Assembly: GCF_964355755.1 (NCBI RefSeq)
Contig: NC_092673.1
Coordinates: 17,047,648-17,111,647, forward strand
DNA length: 64,000 nucleotides
Source: Antedon mediterranea
Lineage: Eukaryota; Animalia; Echinodermata
Direction: 5' to 3'
Shown here: positions 1 to 14,800 of the stretch, piece after piece
Numbering within the stretch: the first letter of the stretch is position 1
Layout: each line of letters begins with the position of its first letter
Notes under the pieces: model-generated
The model's input: only the letters and a program-made list of their open reading frames with translations
Databases searched by the model: none
Told to the model about the DNA's origin: nothing
Translations under genes and position numbers: made by a program

Positions 1-102
1 GAGTAGTATACTGCTACTCAGTCCTAACCAGCTAGGAAGTATATTGAGTCAGTAGCCTACTACACTAGCTAGCTATGGCCAGGCTAGGACGTCGTGTGGA
101 TA

Positions 103-2143
103 GGGGTAGTAACAAAGTGCGAGGCAGCGAGGCACGCGAGGCAGGGAAGGCATGCGAGGCAAGTCAGAAATTTATGCGAGGCATCGTTTTACCATCATCA
201 AAAAATGCGAGGCATCATTTTATCATTTCTCAAAATTGCAAGGCAGGAAATCACCGAAATTGAAGTAGCCTAGGCCTAGGCCCGCTAGGCTAGTTTCCTT
301 TTGCACCTGCCTTGTAATTTAACCAAGGCTTTATCCTGAATACCACAGCTTAGAATTAGTAGGCCTACTTTAATGAAGAAAAATCACATAAAAGTAACAA
401 TAAATCCATTAAATTGGTGATTTTACAGACGTTGTTTTTCTCGCATTCGCACACTCAATGTTCAATATTTTGGTTTCTATGGAACGCCAAAAGAGCAAAA
501 TTAATTAGAGGGCTAAAAACTCTGTGGAATCCATTTATATTTAACGCATTATTTGGTGAAAATCAAGTACAATTTCAATAGATTTTGTCACTGTCAGTAA
601 GGAAAAATGTTACTGTTGATAATGTACACGGTTTCGTTAACCTTTTAAAGAATAAAATAGAAAAATTCATCATAATATCCTTAGTAGGATGTCCTAGGTC
701 TAGACTAGGTAGTGATGTTGATTTAGGATCGATTATTATTCTTTGAAAACAGAACAGTATCAGCAGTAACATATTACAACATTTTTATTGACAAATTAAC
801 AAATATATTGAAATAAAACGTGTTTTTCACCAATAAATGCATGAGAAATTGACGCATTCCACTGAGTTTTAGTCCTCTATTATCGTTGCTATTTTGGCGC
901 TCCATAGAAACAAAAATATTGAACATTGAATAAGTGAAATTCGCGAACAGTGTGCGAGAAACACGCCTGTAAAATCATTAATTTAAGGATTTATTTGTTA
1001 CTTTTTATGTGATTCTTTCATTAAAGTACTCATGAGGTATACTTCTAAGGTGTGGTATTCACACGATAAAGTTAGTTATCAAATTTGGAGTAAAAATACA
1101 AGCGAAGGAAACTAGCGCCAGGTTTATTAGTACGTACATGGACAACAATAAATAGAAATCGTTCGTAATATACCTAGCTTACTAAAACAGGAATAGTGTA
1201 TCATTATTAAATATTACACCAATTATTATTTTATCAAAATTGATTAAATTATTTTCTACATAGGCCTTTATCTAGGTTAGGGCTAAGCATATTAGCTAAA
1301 GTTTAATTTTAGGCCTAGTATTACAATTGTCGGACGTAAGTCTTTTTTTCACACGCGCTCCAGAATTCTGTCGCAATTTTTTTCTTTGCGGCATGTTATT
1401 GGATCGGCATATCAGTTACCTTTTATTCACCGCCAGTTATTGAACTTGTCCTGGCAATCGCTGTTCACCTTATTTGCGAGAGAGGTACACGTGTTGTTCC
1501 TAGAGAATGGAATGTCAAAAATGTCTTTGGCACGCCGCTCAGAGAGAAATCTGTGCGTTGCTGCTGAAACCACGTGCTATAGGAGGGGAATGCACCACAA
1601 TCCTCTGAGCTGAGGGCTGAATCATTCCGCTACCTGCTAAATAGTAAAGAGGGATTTTCCATCTCTCGGGTCTACCGGATCTAGGCGCAGGGGTGTGACA
1701 AAATATTATTTTCACTCTGCTATGTTCGAGAGACATGTGAGTGAACACGCTCGAAATGCCAACAAACATTGCAGTCATTTGATGAGTGTGTCGCTATAAC
1801 AATTATTGTTTATCGAAAGTTGAAGACTGTCGTTCAGATTTTTTAACCGTAGTTTGGGCACTTTTGTAAAAGTAAAATTTGACACGATATGACTTGAATG
1901 AAAAAACAATCGTTACATAAAAATAAACAACATGATGAGTGTATACACGAATCTATTTAGATACGCTTGTATCGATTGATTATTAGGCCTATAATATAGC
2001 ATAATAGCACGTTAAGATATGCCTCGCACCTTTTTGAAATTGTAAACTATATGCCTCGCACTTTTGGAAATGATAAAATGATGCCTCGCACAAATATTTG
2101 GCTTGCCTCGCGTGCCTCGCTGCCTCGCACTTTGTCAACACTC
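103..2143. mobile_element. Non-autonomous TIR DNA transposon with 8-bp TSD (hAT/MULE/P-like, superfamily unresolved)
   Basis: Inverted ends acaaagtgcgaggcagcgaggcacgcgaggca / tgcctcgcgtgcctcgctgcctcgcactttgt, with repeated GCGAGGCA subterminal motifs. Direct repeat tgtggata at 95-102 and 2144-2151. Confidence 0.8.
288..1119. mobile_element. Fold-back MITE nested in the element above
   Basis: Long imperfect inverted arms (tgaataccaca..ttagaa / ttctaaggtgtggtattca). A second family copy lies at about 43963-44870. Confidence 0.75.
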
Positions 2144-2180
2144 TGTGGATAAGCTAGGCTAGCAATCTTTTGGCCTCTTA

Positions 2181-4333
2181 AGCCTGTTTTCCTGTCGACG
2201 TTGAAATACGTTGAGTTGCGTTGAGTTTAAAATCGTTAAAGTTGAAAAATTATAACGACAACGGTGATCGAGTCGGACCGCCAATATTTTACACAACTTT
2301 TAACGCTCGTTGAAGTTGGAATTCGAATCCAAAAATCGTACGTATATACCTTGAAAACCTGGTCCTCACATTTCGAAATATTTTATCGACATCTTTTGCA
2401 GTGAACTTACTTCCTGCTTTTGTTTGAATCATGGTGTTATTTAGCTCTACAGCTATTTGTTCTAAAGCTGTTTTTCTTGTTGTTCTTTTATTTTTGTAAA
2501 TTGAAGACTCGTACGTACAACAACTCGTACCTCTAACATATATTCATGACTATTTTTTCACATGAATCCATTCTGAATTAAAAAAAGGTTTATAATATTA
2601 CTGTACTACTAGCAGACCTACTACCTACTATGCCTAGCTAGGCCTACTATACAAATAATATTAATTAATTGAACCGGTAATCACTAGGCCTAGGACAACT
2701 TTTTTTATTTATTTATTTTTAAAATTTTTTTTACTACCTACTAGTACTAGCTACTCTTAGGTCTACTCTACTACATTAGCTACTAGGCCTATCCTTCCTA
2801 CTACTCTAGCCTAGCTTAGAGCAGGGCCTCTAGCTTGCTAAGCCTTCTACTCTACTACATTAGCTACTAGGCCTATCCTTCCTACTACTCTAGCCTAGCT
2901 AAGAGCAGGGCCTCTAGCTTGCTAAGCCTTCTACTCTACTACATTAGCTACTAGGCCTATCCTTCCTACTACTCTAGCCTAGCTAAGAGCAGGGCCTCTA
3001 GCTTGCTAAGCCTTCTACTCTACTACATTAGCTACTAGGCCTATCCTTCCTACTACTCTAGCCTAGCTAAGAGCAGGGCCTCTAGCTTGCTAAGCCTTCT
3101 ACTCTACTACATTAGCTACTAGGCCTATCCTTCCTACTACTCTAGCCTAGCTTAGAGCAGGGCCTCTAGCTTGCTAAGCCTTCTACTCTACTACATTAGC
3201 TACTAGGCCTATCCTTCCTACTACTCTAGCCTAGCTAAGAGCAGGGCCTCTAGCTTGCTAAGCCTTCTACTCTACTACATTAGCTACTAGGCCTATCCTT
3301 CCTACTACTCTAGCCTAGCTTAGAGCAGGGCCTCTAGCTTGCTAAGCCTTCTACTCTACTACATTAGCTACTAGGCCTATCCTTCCTACTACTCTAGCCT
3401 AGCTAAGAGCAGGGCCTCTAGCTTGCTAAGCCTTCTACTCTACTACATTAGCTACTAGGCCTATCCTTCCTACTACTCTAGCCTAGCTAAGAGCAGGGCC
3501 TCTAGCTTGCTAAGCCTTCTACTCTACTACATTAGCTACTAGGCCTATCCTTCCTACTACTCTAGCCTAGCTTAGAGCAGGGCCTCTAGCTTGCTAAGCC
3601 TTCTACTCTACTACATTAGCTACTAGGCCTATCCTTCCTACTACTCTAGCCTAGCTAAGAGCAGGGCCTCTAGCTTGCTAAGCCTTCTACTCTACTACAT
3701 TAGCTACTAGGCCTATCCTTCCTACTACTCTAGCCTAGCTTAGAGCAGGGCCTCTAGCTTGCTAAGCCTTCTACTCTACTACATTAGCTACTAGGCCTAT
3801 CCTTCCTACTACTCTAGCCTAGCTAAGAGCAGGGCCTCTAGCTTGCTAAGCCTTCTTGCCTATATTATATACTAGTGCCTGTCTAAGCCTGGTTAGCTTA
3901 CATTGCACAGACCTACAAAAAGTTAACAAACTGGAAACAAATTAAAATGTTTTGACTTTTAATTCTTTTCAATTTAAATTATCGCGCGACGAAAAAAATG
4001 TACGTATAGTATATCGTCTGTTTATCAACAAAGATTACATAATTTGTTAACCATTTGATTGGTCAGTTTCAACGATCGAATGACGTAATTTGCTAACCAT
4101 TTGATTGGTCAGTTTTAACGATCGTGCCGTTGAAGTTGGACCGAGTTCAACTTCAACGATCGTAATCGTTAATTTGTTTCAACGATTTTCAGCGTCGAAA
4201 ATTACCCGTTTTCCTGTAAATCGTTGAAATTTTAAGGAAATGTACAATGACGACGTAAAGACAGTTTTACCCCTTAAAATCATCTCGATTCAACGCAACT
4301 CAATGTATTTCAACGTCGACAGGAAAACAGGCT
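2181..4333. mobile_element. PIF/Harbinger-like non-autonomous element carrying an internal satellite
   Basis: TIR agcctgttttcctgtcgacgttgaaatac of about 45 bp. TTA TSD at 2178-2180 and 4334-4336. Confidence 0.85.
2763..3856. repeat. 84-bp tandem satellite, about 13 near-identical copies
   Basis: Unit ctactctactacattagctactaggcc...gcttgctaagcctt. Sequence lines recur every 420 bp (5 units). Confidence 0.95.
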
Positions 4334-4465
4334 TTATTTTCTCTAAACTGTGTTTCTAACAAACCATAATCATACACCATGTTGAGCAGGAACAATTTTC
4401 ATACAAGCATATCATCTTTTTTCGCTGAAAATGTCTGTTTACAACGTTTGTTTAAGTCAAAATAA

Positions 4466-5217
4466 ATAAGCGGAGGTCCAATAGTTTGTATAGAGAGGTC
4501 CCATTGCCATGTTTCTACACACTCAGCACACCAACTTTTTTTGTTATCTAATACCCTGAGACAAAATAATCACGAGGTGTGCCGTTGCAAATTTACTGCG
4601 GTCACCTTGAAATCCAAGATGGCGTCAAAAATGGCCGCCATTTTATAGTGATGCACTTTATTGTCCATAACTTAATAAATATTTGATGTATTTTGTTGAA
4701 AATAATGTTGATTAATAGCTATTTACATTATCTATTCAATAAAATAATTTTATTTTAACTTTACTGTAATGAAATAACCTTTTTTAAGCAAAAATATAGA
4801 ATTTTAGCAAAAAATTCGGAAAAATGTGCGATATATCATATTTATTATGTTAATTAAGGCAAGAAGCCATAATTATTTTTTTTTCAGATATGCACAAAAA
4901 CTGTCCCAATATATACTTTAAAAAATGTGTAAACTACATGTGCTTGTAAAAAGGCAAACATAAGTTATTAACGATTAAGTTTGTGTACTTGTAGCAGGGA
5001 TTTAATAATGTTTAGTGAAATTGTGAAGTTGAGGGCGCTATTTAAGTAAGTGAAAGGTACTCTATTTTCGGTTGTAACTCATTAAATACTTAACCGATTA
5101 TGATGAAAATAGATTTATTTTATAAATAATTAAACCTTCTTCCTTATTAATTATTTAATAGTCATGTTAGATAATAAATACATATGAAAAATGTATTATT
5201 TGTGTAAATATAATTAA
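4466..5217. repeat. Dispersed repeat (probable long transposon end, Academ-like), copy 1
   Basis: About 750 bp highly similar to 62799-63553. Starts taagcggaggtccaatag and contains atccaagatggcg. Confidence 0.8.
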
Positions 5218-5693
5218 AACTATATCTTTTTATGAATTATGTTATGAATTATATTACTTCCTCGACTCGCTCGCGACATGTGTTGATTCTGTACACACTG
5301 CTGCACTCCGCGCGTTTTGGGGGATTCCCTAATCTGTAATCATAATATGATTGGTGAAATACAATCACGTGATACATATTTTTGAACTTTGCGGATAATT
5401 TTGAACATGTTTCCTTTGCGGGACCAAATCACTCATGCCGATACATCACGATGCATATCAAAATAGAGTACCAAAATCAATCGATCATTTCTCAAAATTG
5501 CCACGCACGATTCTGGAGAACTTGTTGTTATATTGTTAACTATAAAATTAACATTTGTAAATATGTTAAGAAATTCTAGACCCCTAACACTGGAACGAGA
5601 TGAAACTATACGATTTACTGCTTATGGCCTATTAGGGGAATAGAACTATTATGAAAGATTTATATTTATTTTTACTTTATAATTTTATATTAG

Positions 5694-5859
5694 AATTGTT
5701 AATTCCTGCCGAAATATATGCCAGAGGTGCAGATGCAATTAAGATATATAAAGATGAGCTAGAAAATGGTGAAATTGCAGTTGTAAATGCAAGGTGTATG
5801 TTCCTTGGAAAAGAAGGTGTAGGCAAGACTAGTTGTGTAAAGGCTATGCTTGGAGATAG
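5694..5859 (+). CDS. Roc1 exon: pre-Roc helix and P-loop (LLIPAEIYARGADAIKIYKDELENGEIAVVNARCMFLGKEGVGKTSCVKAMLGD)
   Basis: Acceptor ttag at 5693, donor gtaaaa at 5860, GxxxxGKT motif. Phase-1 start implies upstream exon(s). Confidence 0.9.
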
Positions 5860-8800
5860 GTAAAAAATAAAATTGATGTGTGTATATGTAGTAACTCTTT
5901 AAGTTTTTAAACTAAACAAAAAAACAAAAAAAATGTGTGTTCATACCAAGCTCGCTATTGTTTACTTGCTTTGTCCTATTGTAAACTAAAGCCTAGTTTG
6001 GCTTAGTTCACACACTACCAGTCGATTATCTTGTGATGACCATCACCTCAGCTACTTTATATTCGACTATCTTTACTTATACCTAACATTCTCCTAAAGA
6101 CGGTTGTAGCATATAACATACTTTATTTCCTTTTGGAAACGCCTGGTGTACCACAAACCTGGCTCTACTATTGGCACCAAGAAACTTTATTCTCTGCTAA
6201 ACGATTGCAATGAAATGTTTTTGGAATTTTAGGAAAATTAGACACTGAAATATAAGAAAAATATTAGGTTAATTTTGATTTCAGATTTTTAAAATTTAAT
6301 TTTTATAATTAAAGATGTATACATATGTGGGATTTCAATCTTGAGATTTTTCTTTTTAAAATTATTGTCAAACTTATATATTAACTATAATACAACTTAT
6401 AAATATTGTTCAACTTTACTAATACATTGTTATAATAGAAACAATTCCAGAGAACCATCTACTGATGGTATCGTTACAACTACAGTGTTTCAGGCAAAGG
6501 AGGATTGTAGCAAATGGAAAAGGGTGAAAGATGTAGATGGTAAGAGTCAAAGAAATGCTAGAGGATTGATTAATTTCCGTATATAATATGTTTAATCATC
6601 TAATGAATATTTCAGATTCAAAATGTTGCTATAAATTTAAACCTTAGTTTTGGAGTTCCATTATTAATCTAATACTGTACATTGTATAACAGCAGTTTAA
6701 TGACATTTTGAACAATGTTATTAAGTAGGCCTACTGTAGTTAAAAGTGTAGCCTCTACACATAAATCTGATAGTAGGCCATGAACCCTTAAATAACCCCT
6801 AACCTATAAATATGATTCAATAACACAATAGTGATAATTGAGTTTACTACACATTAATATAGTGTAAGATGGAAACACAGAATATTTGTCAAAGGGTTCA
6901 GTTCCATTTTGTAATTCCTGCCGACGTTCTCTGTTCCGTTTCTTATTTTTGTTTGTTTTGTATGCTTTTACTAGCAATAAAGAATAAAATAAAATCTCCC
7001 TCCTTATAAACAAATTATTTCATCACAATAGTTGCACCCAAAATAACGAGTCATGTTGGCTGCATGTTAACATCCTTTTCTTACATTTTTTATAAAGATT
7101 GTACTAGAATTTTTCACTCTGTTCCAAAACTTAAAATTACAAAAAACTTATCAATATCCATTTAAAACTTTTGTATTTTACCTCATACAAACTAAATATT
7201 TACCTATTCTTCTTTCTTTGTATAGATGTTGAGCTTACCAAGAAATTTCTTGCACACGCATTAGCAAAAAATGTTGATAGGAAATTAAAGAAAGGTTTGC
7301 ACATTACTGCATTCAAATCTAAATATCATACCAGATTGCATTCATAATCATCTAAAAATTAAGAATAACATACTTATAATGCTTATTAATGATTTTTTGT
7401 TTAGAAAGCAATGATACAACACTTCAGGCTAAATTAAAAAATGTTGTGAGTCAAAATGTGGGAACAAGAAAGGTAAATGTGAGCGACATAACTAGTATAT
7501 GGGACTTTGCTGGTCAACTAGACTACTATATAACACACAGGGTATGTTTGTCTTAATTATCATTAAGTAAAATCTTCTTTTCTTTTACTTCTTATCTAGA
7601 TTTAGATACAAGTAATTGTATCTGTACCATCATAATAAAAATGACAATAGAAGATGTTGGGCAATAGTAACCAACATAATACTGACAATAAATGAAACAT
7701 ATATATCCTCTGTTTTGTTTGTGCCATAGCAAGTTTTTCACAGTTTTGTATTTCAGTTATTTTCTATATCCAACAGTATTCATTGATATTAACCTTTTAC
7801 AATTTACTAAAGTAACTAACTATTGAATTTAAATAATATTCTAGGTGTCCGTAATGTTACATTATTTCAAGTTAAGACTTTTAGACCATTTTGAACTTTT
7901 TTGGTAGCCAACATTTGAAAAACCTATGTTTCTTTATTATTTATAATTATAAATGTTGACTTTATTTAGGGCATAATATGTAAAGCCTCTATGCACTTAA
8001 AAGTAACAAGTTTTCAATTAAAAAAACAAAGAAATAAATGAAAAATAGGTATTCATTTTGTTTCATTTTAAGTTATTGTTTGGACGCACTTTATCAATGC
8101 AGTGTGCCACTGTTGTAAAAGTAAGGTTTAATTATAGTATTCTATCTATTAACCTTTACGTTGCATTTATATCTTTCAGTTCTTCCTGACAAACAAAGTA
8201 TCATACTGTGTTACGTTTAATGTGATGGATAACTTGGATAAACCAGCTCATCCACGAGATTCATCAATTGTAAGTTCACCAAGTATTTCAGATTATTTTG
8301 TCAAATTTATCAACAGAGAATTGTTTATTTTCTAATTACATTTTGATTTTAGGATTCACTGGGAATGACTAATTTGGACATGAATTTGTTCTGGATAAGG
8401 TCTATTTATGAACATACTGTGCTACAACATGGTTCAGGAAACCTCATTTTAATTGATGGCAAGAGTATAGCATCGCCTCCTATCTGTTTGGTTGCTACCC
8501 ATATGGATAAATTGTTAGGGACAGAATCAGAAAAACAGATAAAGGTAATAGCTATAGTATACATTTATAACTTAAATATTATTTGACTCTACACATCTAC
8601 ACACATTGCTTATTTATGAATGGTACATCAGAATGGATAAGCATCACATGAAATAAAAGAAGAAACCTTTTTGTGTATTGTTAATATAAGAATACAATTT
8701 TACTAATTAAAGGCTGAGAGGATGTTCATGCAGATGTTCAATGCAATGAAAGGAATGCCATATGCCAAGCATGTAGATCGTGAAATGTACATGGTGGATA

Positions 8801-11800
8801 ACACTGTAAAATCACATGAAGGTATTGAAAAACTTATAAGAAATGTTGGTAGATACATGAAAGCAATGGTGAAGAAAGTTCCAGTAAAATGGGTTGATTT
8901 GCAAGAAAGGTTACAAGTAATTGGAAAAAGGAGATTATATATTACTTTAACAAAGGTAAGAGTTTGTTTTTCAAAATACAGTATATACAAACTATAGCAT
9001 TTTCTCTAAAAACAAATCTAAGTTTATACAGATTATTAGCAATAATATTTAACATTTCAGAACAGTTAATAGTGCTATGTGCTTTTTAACCCATTGACTG
9101 CCGGATGTTTATTAGCCCATTGTTCTGTACTGCCAGTACATTTAAGTGAGGTATTTCCTGCTTGCCAGCTCATTTTTTATCAACGAGAATAAACAAACTT
9201 TTTTACAGGGTAGTATTATTATTATAAACTATTGAAAATTTGAGAAAATAAATAATAAAACAAATATTCATCAGACATTTCTACATACAAATGTATTTCT
9301 ATTATAAAGTTTTTAGCAATATTTGTACAGCTAGCTATATCTAGGCCAAGCTAGCTAATAATATAGTAGTAGTAGCCTAGCGCATACCACATTGCCTGCC
9401 TTGGCCTTCATCAATTTATTTCTAGGCCTAGCTAGCTATCAATATCTAAGCCATCATGATCAAGCCCAGTAGCGACAACTTCGCGGTATAATACTGCTTC
9501 ATTTTCATTTCAAACCGACATTTTAAACCTCAAAATACTCAAATTTTTAATATAGTAAGCCCTACAAATTTTCGCGTCACAATATAGAATGGTTCATTGG
9601 CTTTCATTAATAATGCATGTCAATACAATTAGACTCGATGAAGACGTGATGTAGGCTATTTTATTGCGACGTTAATTGTTTCGCATTAACGCGAAGTTGG
9701 CACAGCCAGTACAACTAGCCTAGTTGGCAGTCAATGGGTTAATCTATAAAAGTTATAAAATTTCTTCTAGTATTAATTATTTATTTTTGAGTGAATTTTT
9801 AATTCTATTTTAGGTTTCAGAGCTTGCTACCCAATGTGGAATTTCTAAACACATGCTCACCGCTGCAATAACGTATCTAAATGATGCCGGAATAATCATG
9901 TATACCGGCACTAATGAGAAATTAAAAAACATTGTGATAACAAATCTTCACTGGATGATTAACATTTTGACAAAAGTTATCACAGTAGTTACACCAACTA
10001 TTATCATGGTAGGTAAATGCATATTATATGATATACTAGATGGTGAATAAAAGTAAAATAGCCTTATTATATATTAATTTTGGTCTTAGTTTGCTTTAAC
10101 ATATCAGTATTTTTATTACCTTTAGCATCCATTTGTACTGTGTTTTTTTATACATAGAACGATGCAGAAGACAGGAAGCAATTACAGAGGCTGTGGAAAA
10201 AGCTTGACTGCGAAGGAGTTCTTGAAGAGAAGTTACTACGTTATTTGTGGGGGAACGAAGATGGAGATCTCTTTGATGTTTTTGTAGAACTGATGAAAGT
10301 ATTTCGTTTGCTCTTTGAGAAGACAAAGGTAGGCACATAGTATACACTTTTAATGATTTAAAAAAATTATACTGTAAAGCTCTTGCATAAAAACATATTA
10401 CTGTAATACTAACCACTTGTACCAATTTATGTGTAATTCTGATATATTATACTATAATAACAGGGAATTAAAGAAGGTACCCGGATATTTTTCATTCCCT
10501 GTCGAATGAAAGTTGACAAAAAAGACATTTTGAAAGTCACAGCAGATGACAGACAAACATTATCAATTTACCTGACTCCAACAGACTTTCTTCCTGACGC
10601 TGTGTACAACACATTGGTTGTTGCATTTCTTGAATTGATGGCAGAAAAGGGTAGTGATGATTCAGAAGTGTTCCGGAATCGTAGTGACTTTACATTTAAT
10701 GGTCACACTTTAAGCTTAGGTTCTGTCAAAATTAACCATGAAAAAGAAAAACCATATGCTTTAAAGGTATGAAATTAATTACTATTTTTTCTATTAATTA
10801 TATTCTACTTTTAAGATTTAATATAAAATTTGTATTTAAAGAGAAAACATAAAACCAATTAACGTTGAATATAGTATATATATGCATTCTGTTCTATGTC
10901 TATGTATTACGCACTTTTTTCTTTCATAGTACTTCAAACCTAGCTCTACTATTTTTGTTTATTTTAACGATGTATTGTTCCCCCAAAAACATGGCAAATT
11001 AATGATGTTAAATAGCCCATTTTGCAGATTTAATCAAGTTGTTCACTTCAGTGAAAAAAACAACAAACAAAAGTAATATTTTCACTTTTTGAAGACAAAA
11101 CAAATGGTTAAAAAAAATTGTTTCAAACCAAATAATATGTGACATTAAATAATAACATACTGTATTAACAAAATTTACAATTTTCATATATAGTATATCT
11201 TTAACACAACAAGATGTTCAATTTCTTTTGAATTCATGATCCATTTCAATGTTTATTTGTTATTATGTATTTATCCATCTGTATTAATTATATGCATGCA
11301 TAGATAAATGTCAAACGATACTGTTTGAATGTTTTTCTTAACAGCTTGAAATATCACGCTGGACTGACATTAAGCAAACTATAACTACAGTAGATGATGG
11401 AAAAGAAGGAGAGGTGATATTTGAACTGCAACCAAGTGTCTGCATGGAGGTAAAAAATATGAGATTATCACTTTTAAACAAAATTATTATGTTATATAAA
11501 TTATAAATAACATTTTATTCCCATGTTTTAGGTACTAAGCTATTTGAAAGAGCAACTAGAAACTGTCTGCAATATATACGAGGGCATTGGCTACACTCTG
11601 CGTGTGTTATGTACTGCTTGTGATCCATATGAACATCACTTAATTGATCTTGAAAAGTGTTTGAATTCCGATTCTGTTCCATGTGGAAGAAGAACTGCTA
11701 TGGATACTGCTCGTATAAAGCACTTATTTTCAACGAGTAAGTTGGTTTGGTTATTCTTTAATGTTGTCATCACCATTACTTCATTCTAATGAATTCTCAA

Positions 11801-14800
11801 TTTTTGTCATCAACAAAGATAACTTCATCTTACAAAATTTGCAATCATCTTAATTTGGACATACTGTACTATGAAACCTTCACTGGTCTAATGTTAGACA
11901 CCAATCTATTGATATGCTGGCCATGTCATTTTTTCTCAAATAGTTTCTAATCTTTACCATTGCACATTATTCGCATAATGCCTTTTAAATGTAATTTAGA
12001 GTTAAATTTTGTTGTATTCTAATATCCGAGTAACACTTTATGTAAGTATTTATTTTTTATCATTAAAAAATATGTTTTTGTATTACTGTACTCGGTAGAT
12101 AATATACTGTATATAAGAATGAAGATTAGATTGATCACCAAGCTATGCTATGAAAACAGTTTTTCTTTCTATACAACTACTTGGTGTATTTGATGCACAA
12201 ATTTTACCTCAAATTGTGGGTGTGTCTTATACACAGGTCACTTCTTCACGCACACCAAAAAGCCACACAAAGTTAACACTACAGCAGTAGCCTACAACAA
12301 CTCTTACTGTAGGCCTAGCTAGTTCTAATTTTATTGCAATAATGTCTTGCATAGAGGGTCGATTACTACATAGTGCATTAGATATTCTACCTAGGCCTTC
12401 ACCTATTCTTTACTACTCTGAACTTGTGTGTGCGTAGCTAGATCAAATAAAACACAATTATGGCAAAGTCCACTAATTACGGTGATTATCACGTTTTAAT
12501 TACACTTGATACTGTGGTTTATTAAATTACATCCCTATGTTAACAGTCACATATTTCTGTAATCATATAGACAATAGTTTATACATCAAGTGTCATCTAA
12601 AAGAACTTGTTTTTAAAGTGCTAATAAGCTTCCCCTAAGTTCATATTTGTATTGTACAACCGTCAGTGCTGGCACATGGTTAGTGTCCTACAGACTAGTA
12701 TTGACATGCATTTTTATAATAGACTTAGTTCAAAATTAATAATGATATTGCTGGTTTATTACCAGCCCTGGAAACTTATCATTTGAATTGATTTAAATCA
12801 AATGGTCACACACACAGTAACAAGGTATATATTTAAATAATATATGCAATTAAAGTAACTTAATTATGATTGTTATTAGACATAGATACTGTAGATAGGC
12901 TAAGCCCAACCACACAGTGCATTGTAACTGAAGAAATATGGGTATTTCCCTTTTCACATACTGATTACGATGTATTAATAGCTGGCCCAAACCAAACTGA
13001 AACTGATATATTGGGAAGAATAAACTATATTTAAACAGATTTTCTAACTGCAAAATTAGAAAAATTAATTTGACATCCAAGTCATTGCATTAAGATTCAA
13101 GAACATAATTCCAATTTATAGAGATAATAAATTATTTAATTCATCACAAAGAGTAAAGCTAGAGTTTAGCTTTACATTCAAGTAGGGTAGTGTAGTTTAG
13201 TGGTAATGTGCTTGCCTTCCAATCCCAAAATATGGGGTTCAATCCTGACTCTTCCAACTCCACTCCCTGACCCTCAAGTTTATGCTTGCTGTTAGATGTC
13301 TATGAAATAAGACCAAAAAAAAAAAAAAAAATTATTTTACTTTGTTCACTCTCACAAATGTGTTCCTCTAAATATTATTTTGTTATCAGTCGAAAAAAAT
13401 ATTCCATTTGCTGTTGCTGTTCATGGGAGAGACTTTAAGGAAGCATACAATGAAGCCTCGAAAGAAGGATCCGTCAAAATCAATCTTGGAATGCTTAAAG
13501 TAATTTAGTATATAGTATAAGAATGTATATGAAACATAGGTTGTATTTTTGCAAAGGGTTACCTTGGACAACATACTGTACCAGTATATATCTGTCTATA
13601 TATCAAGATGTGTCATCACTATCTTGTTTATATTGAAGTGGATTCTATGAATAGTATTGGTACAGTATTATAATTTATGGTATATCTTAAATCCTGTTGA
13701 ACCAAAGTTTTAGAACATAATATTGTGGCTACTGTAATGTTAAATTTAACTGAGGCTAAATTTCTAAAAAACCAGTACTATGGTCAGATTTAGACTTCCA
13801 AGGAGTGAGTGGCTTATATTGATTAATTATCTCCTGTACAGTACACCATGTTGGCTGTAAAGTCTTGTGGTTTAAGTGGTCAATTTCACTTTTTCACAGA
13901 CCTGCAATATGATACACTGCATTTTGTCAATCTATATATATAAATTATGGTTAATTCTGACATAGGCGAGCACAATGCAAAAACTTCGGTACAAATCTCC
14001 GCCTTGGATACCTACCTGATCTATCTCAGATGTACCGCGAAACGTAGATTTGATAACATTAGTTTTCACATCGACACTATTGTTCCATATTTCTATCTTA
14101 GGAAGATATTATAAAGAGTTTTTTACGAAAATTTATGATTTCAAAAGTATATTTTCAACTCAATTTCAATTCTTCGCAGGTCAAAGTAATTTCCGGGTTC
14201 ACCTTGCAACAACCTGGTTTCAACTATTTTCTCTCTTTTATACACAAGGGAGCAGTTGAAATAATAGATTTGACCCTTAAGGTGACTGGAAACAGGCACT
14301 TTCCATCAATCAATACAGTGTCCCTTTGGAAGAAGGAAGACAAAAACCGATAGTAGGACTATAGCTTAAGTTGCATAGCCATTTAAGGTTTTTGTTTATT
14401 TTAGGAACGGACCGCGCGTGTGTGAAGGTACAGTAGTTAAAAAATAAAAATTATACTGAAAATTAATAAAGATCAAATTAAATATAGGTCATAAAGAATC
14501 GGAATATATTGTGGGAAATAGTATTATAAAATTACATAGGGAGATTTGATGATAAGACATTTTGTTTAAAATCGAGTGAAATCCCGATAGTTGATTGAGT
14601 AAGCTGGCAGGAATAACTGTAGGCTATCTGTGTCCTGTTAGGACCGAGATGTCTGCCCATGTTGCAAGCCGTAATGTCTTCTTTCTTGGGCCCACTCTAT
14701 CACGGCAGTTGGTTTCAAAAGATGTTTAAATTAAATAATGTATTAATAATTATTAGGATGGTATTTATTTGAATAAACGCCTCTCCAATAAAACATCACT

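Noticed and set aside
1386-1778. Short ORFs inside the first TIR element as a transposase
   Set aside because: No recognisable DDE or zinc-finger motifs.
5651-5693. ATG at 5651 as the gene start
   Set aside because: The following bases are a T-rich acceptor tract ending in AG at 5693. The exon is more likely internal, with the 5' exons outside the window.
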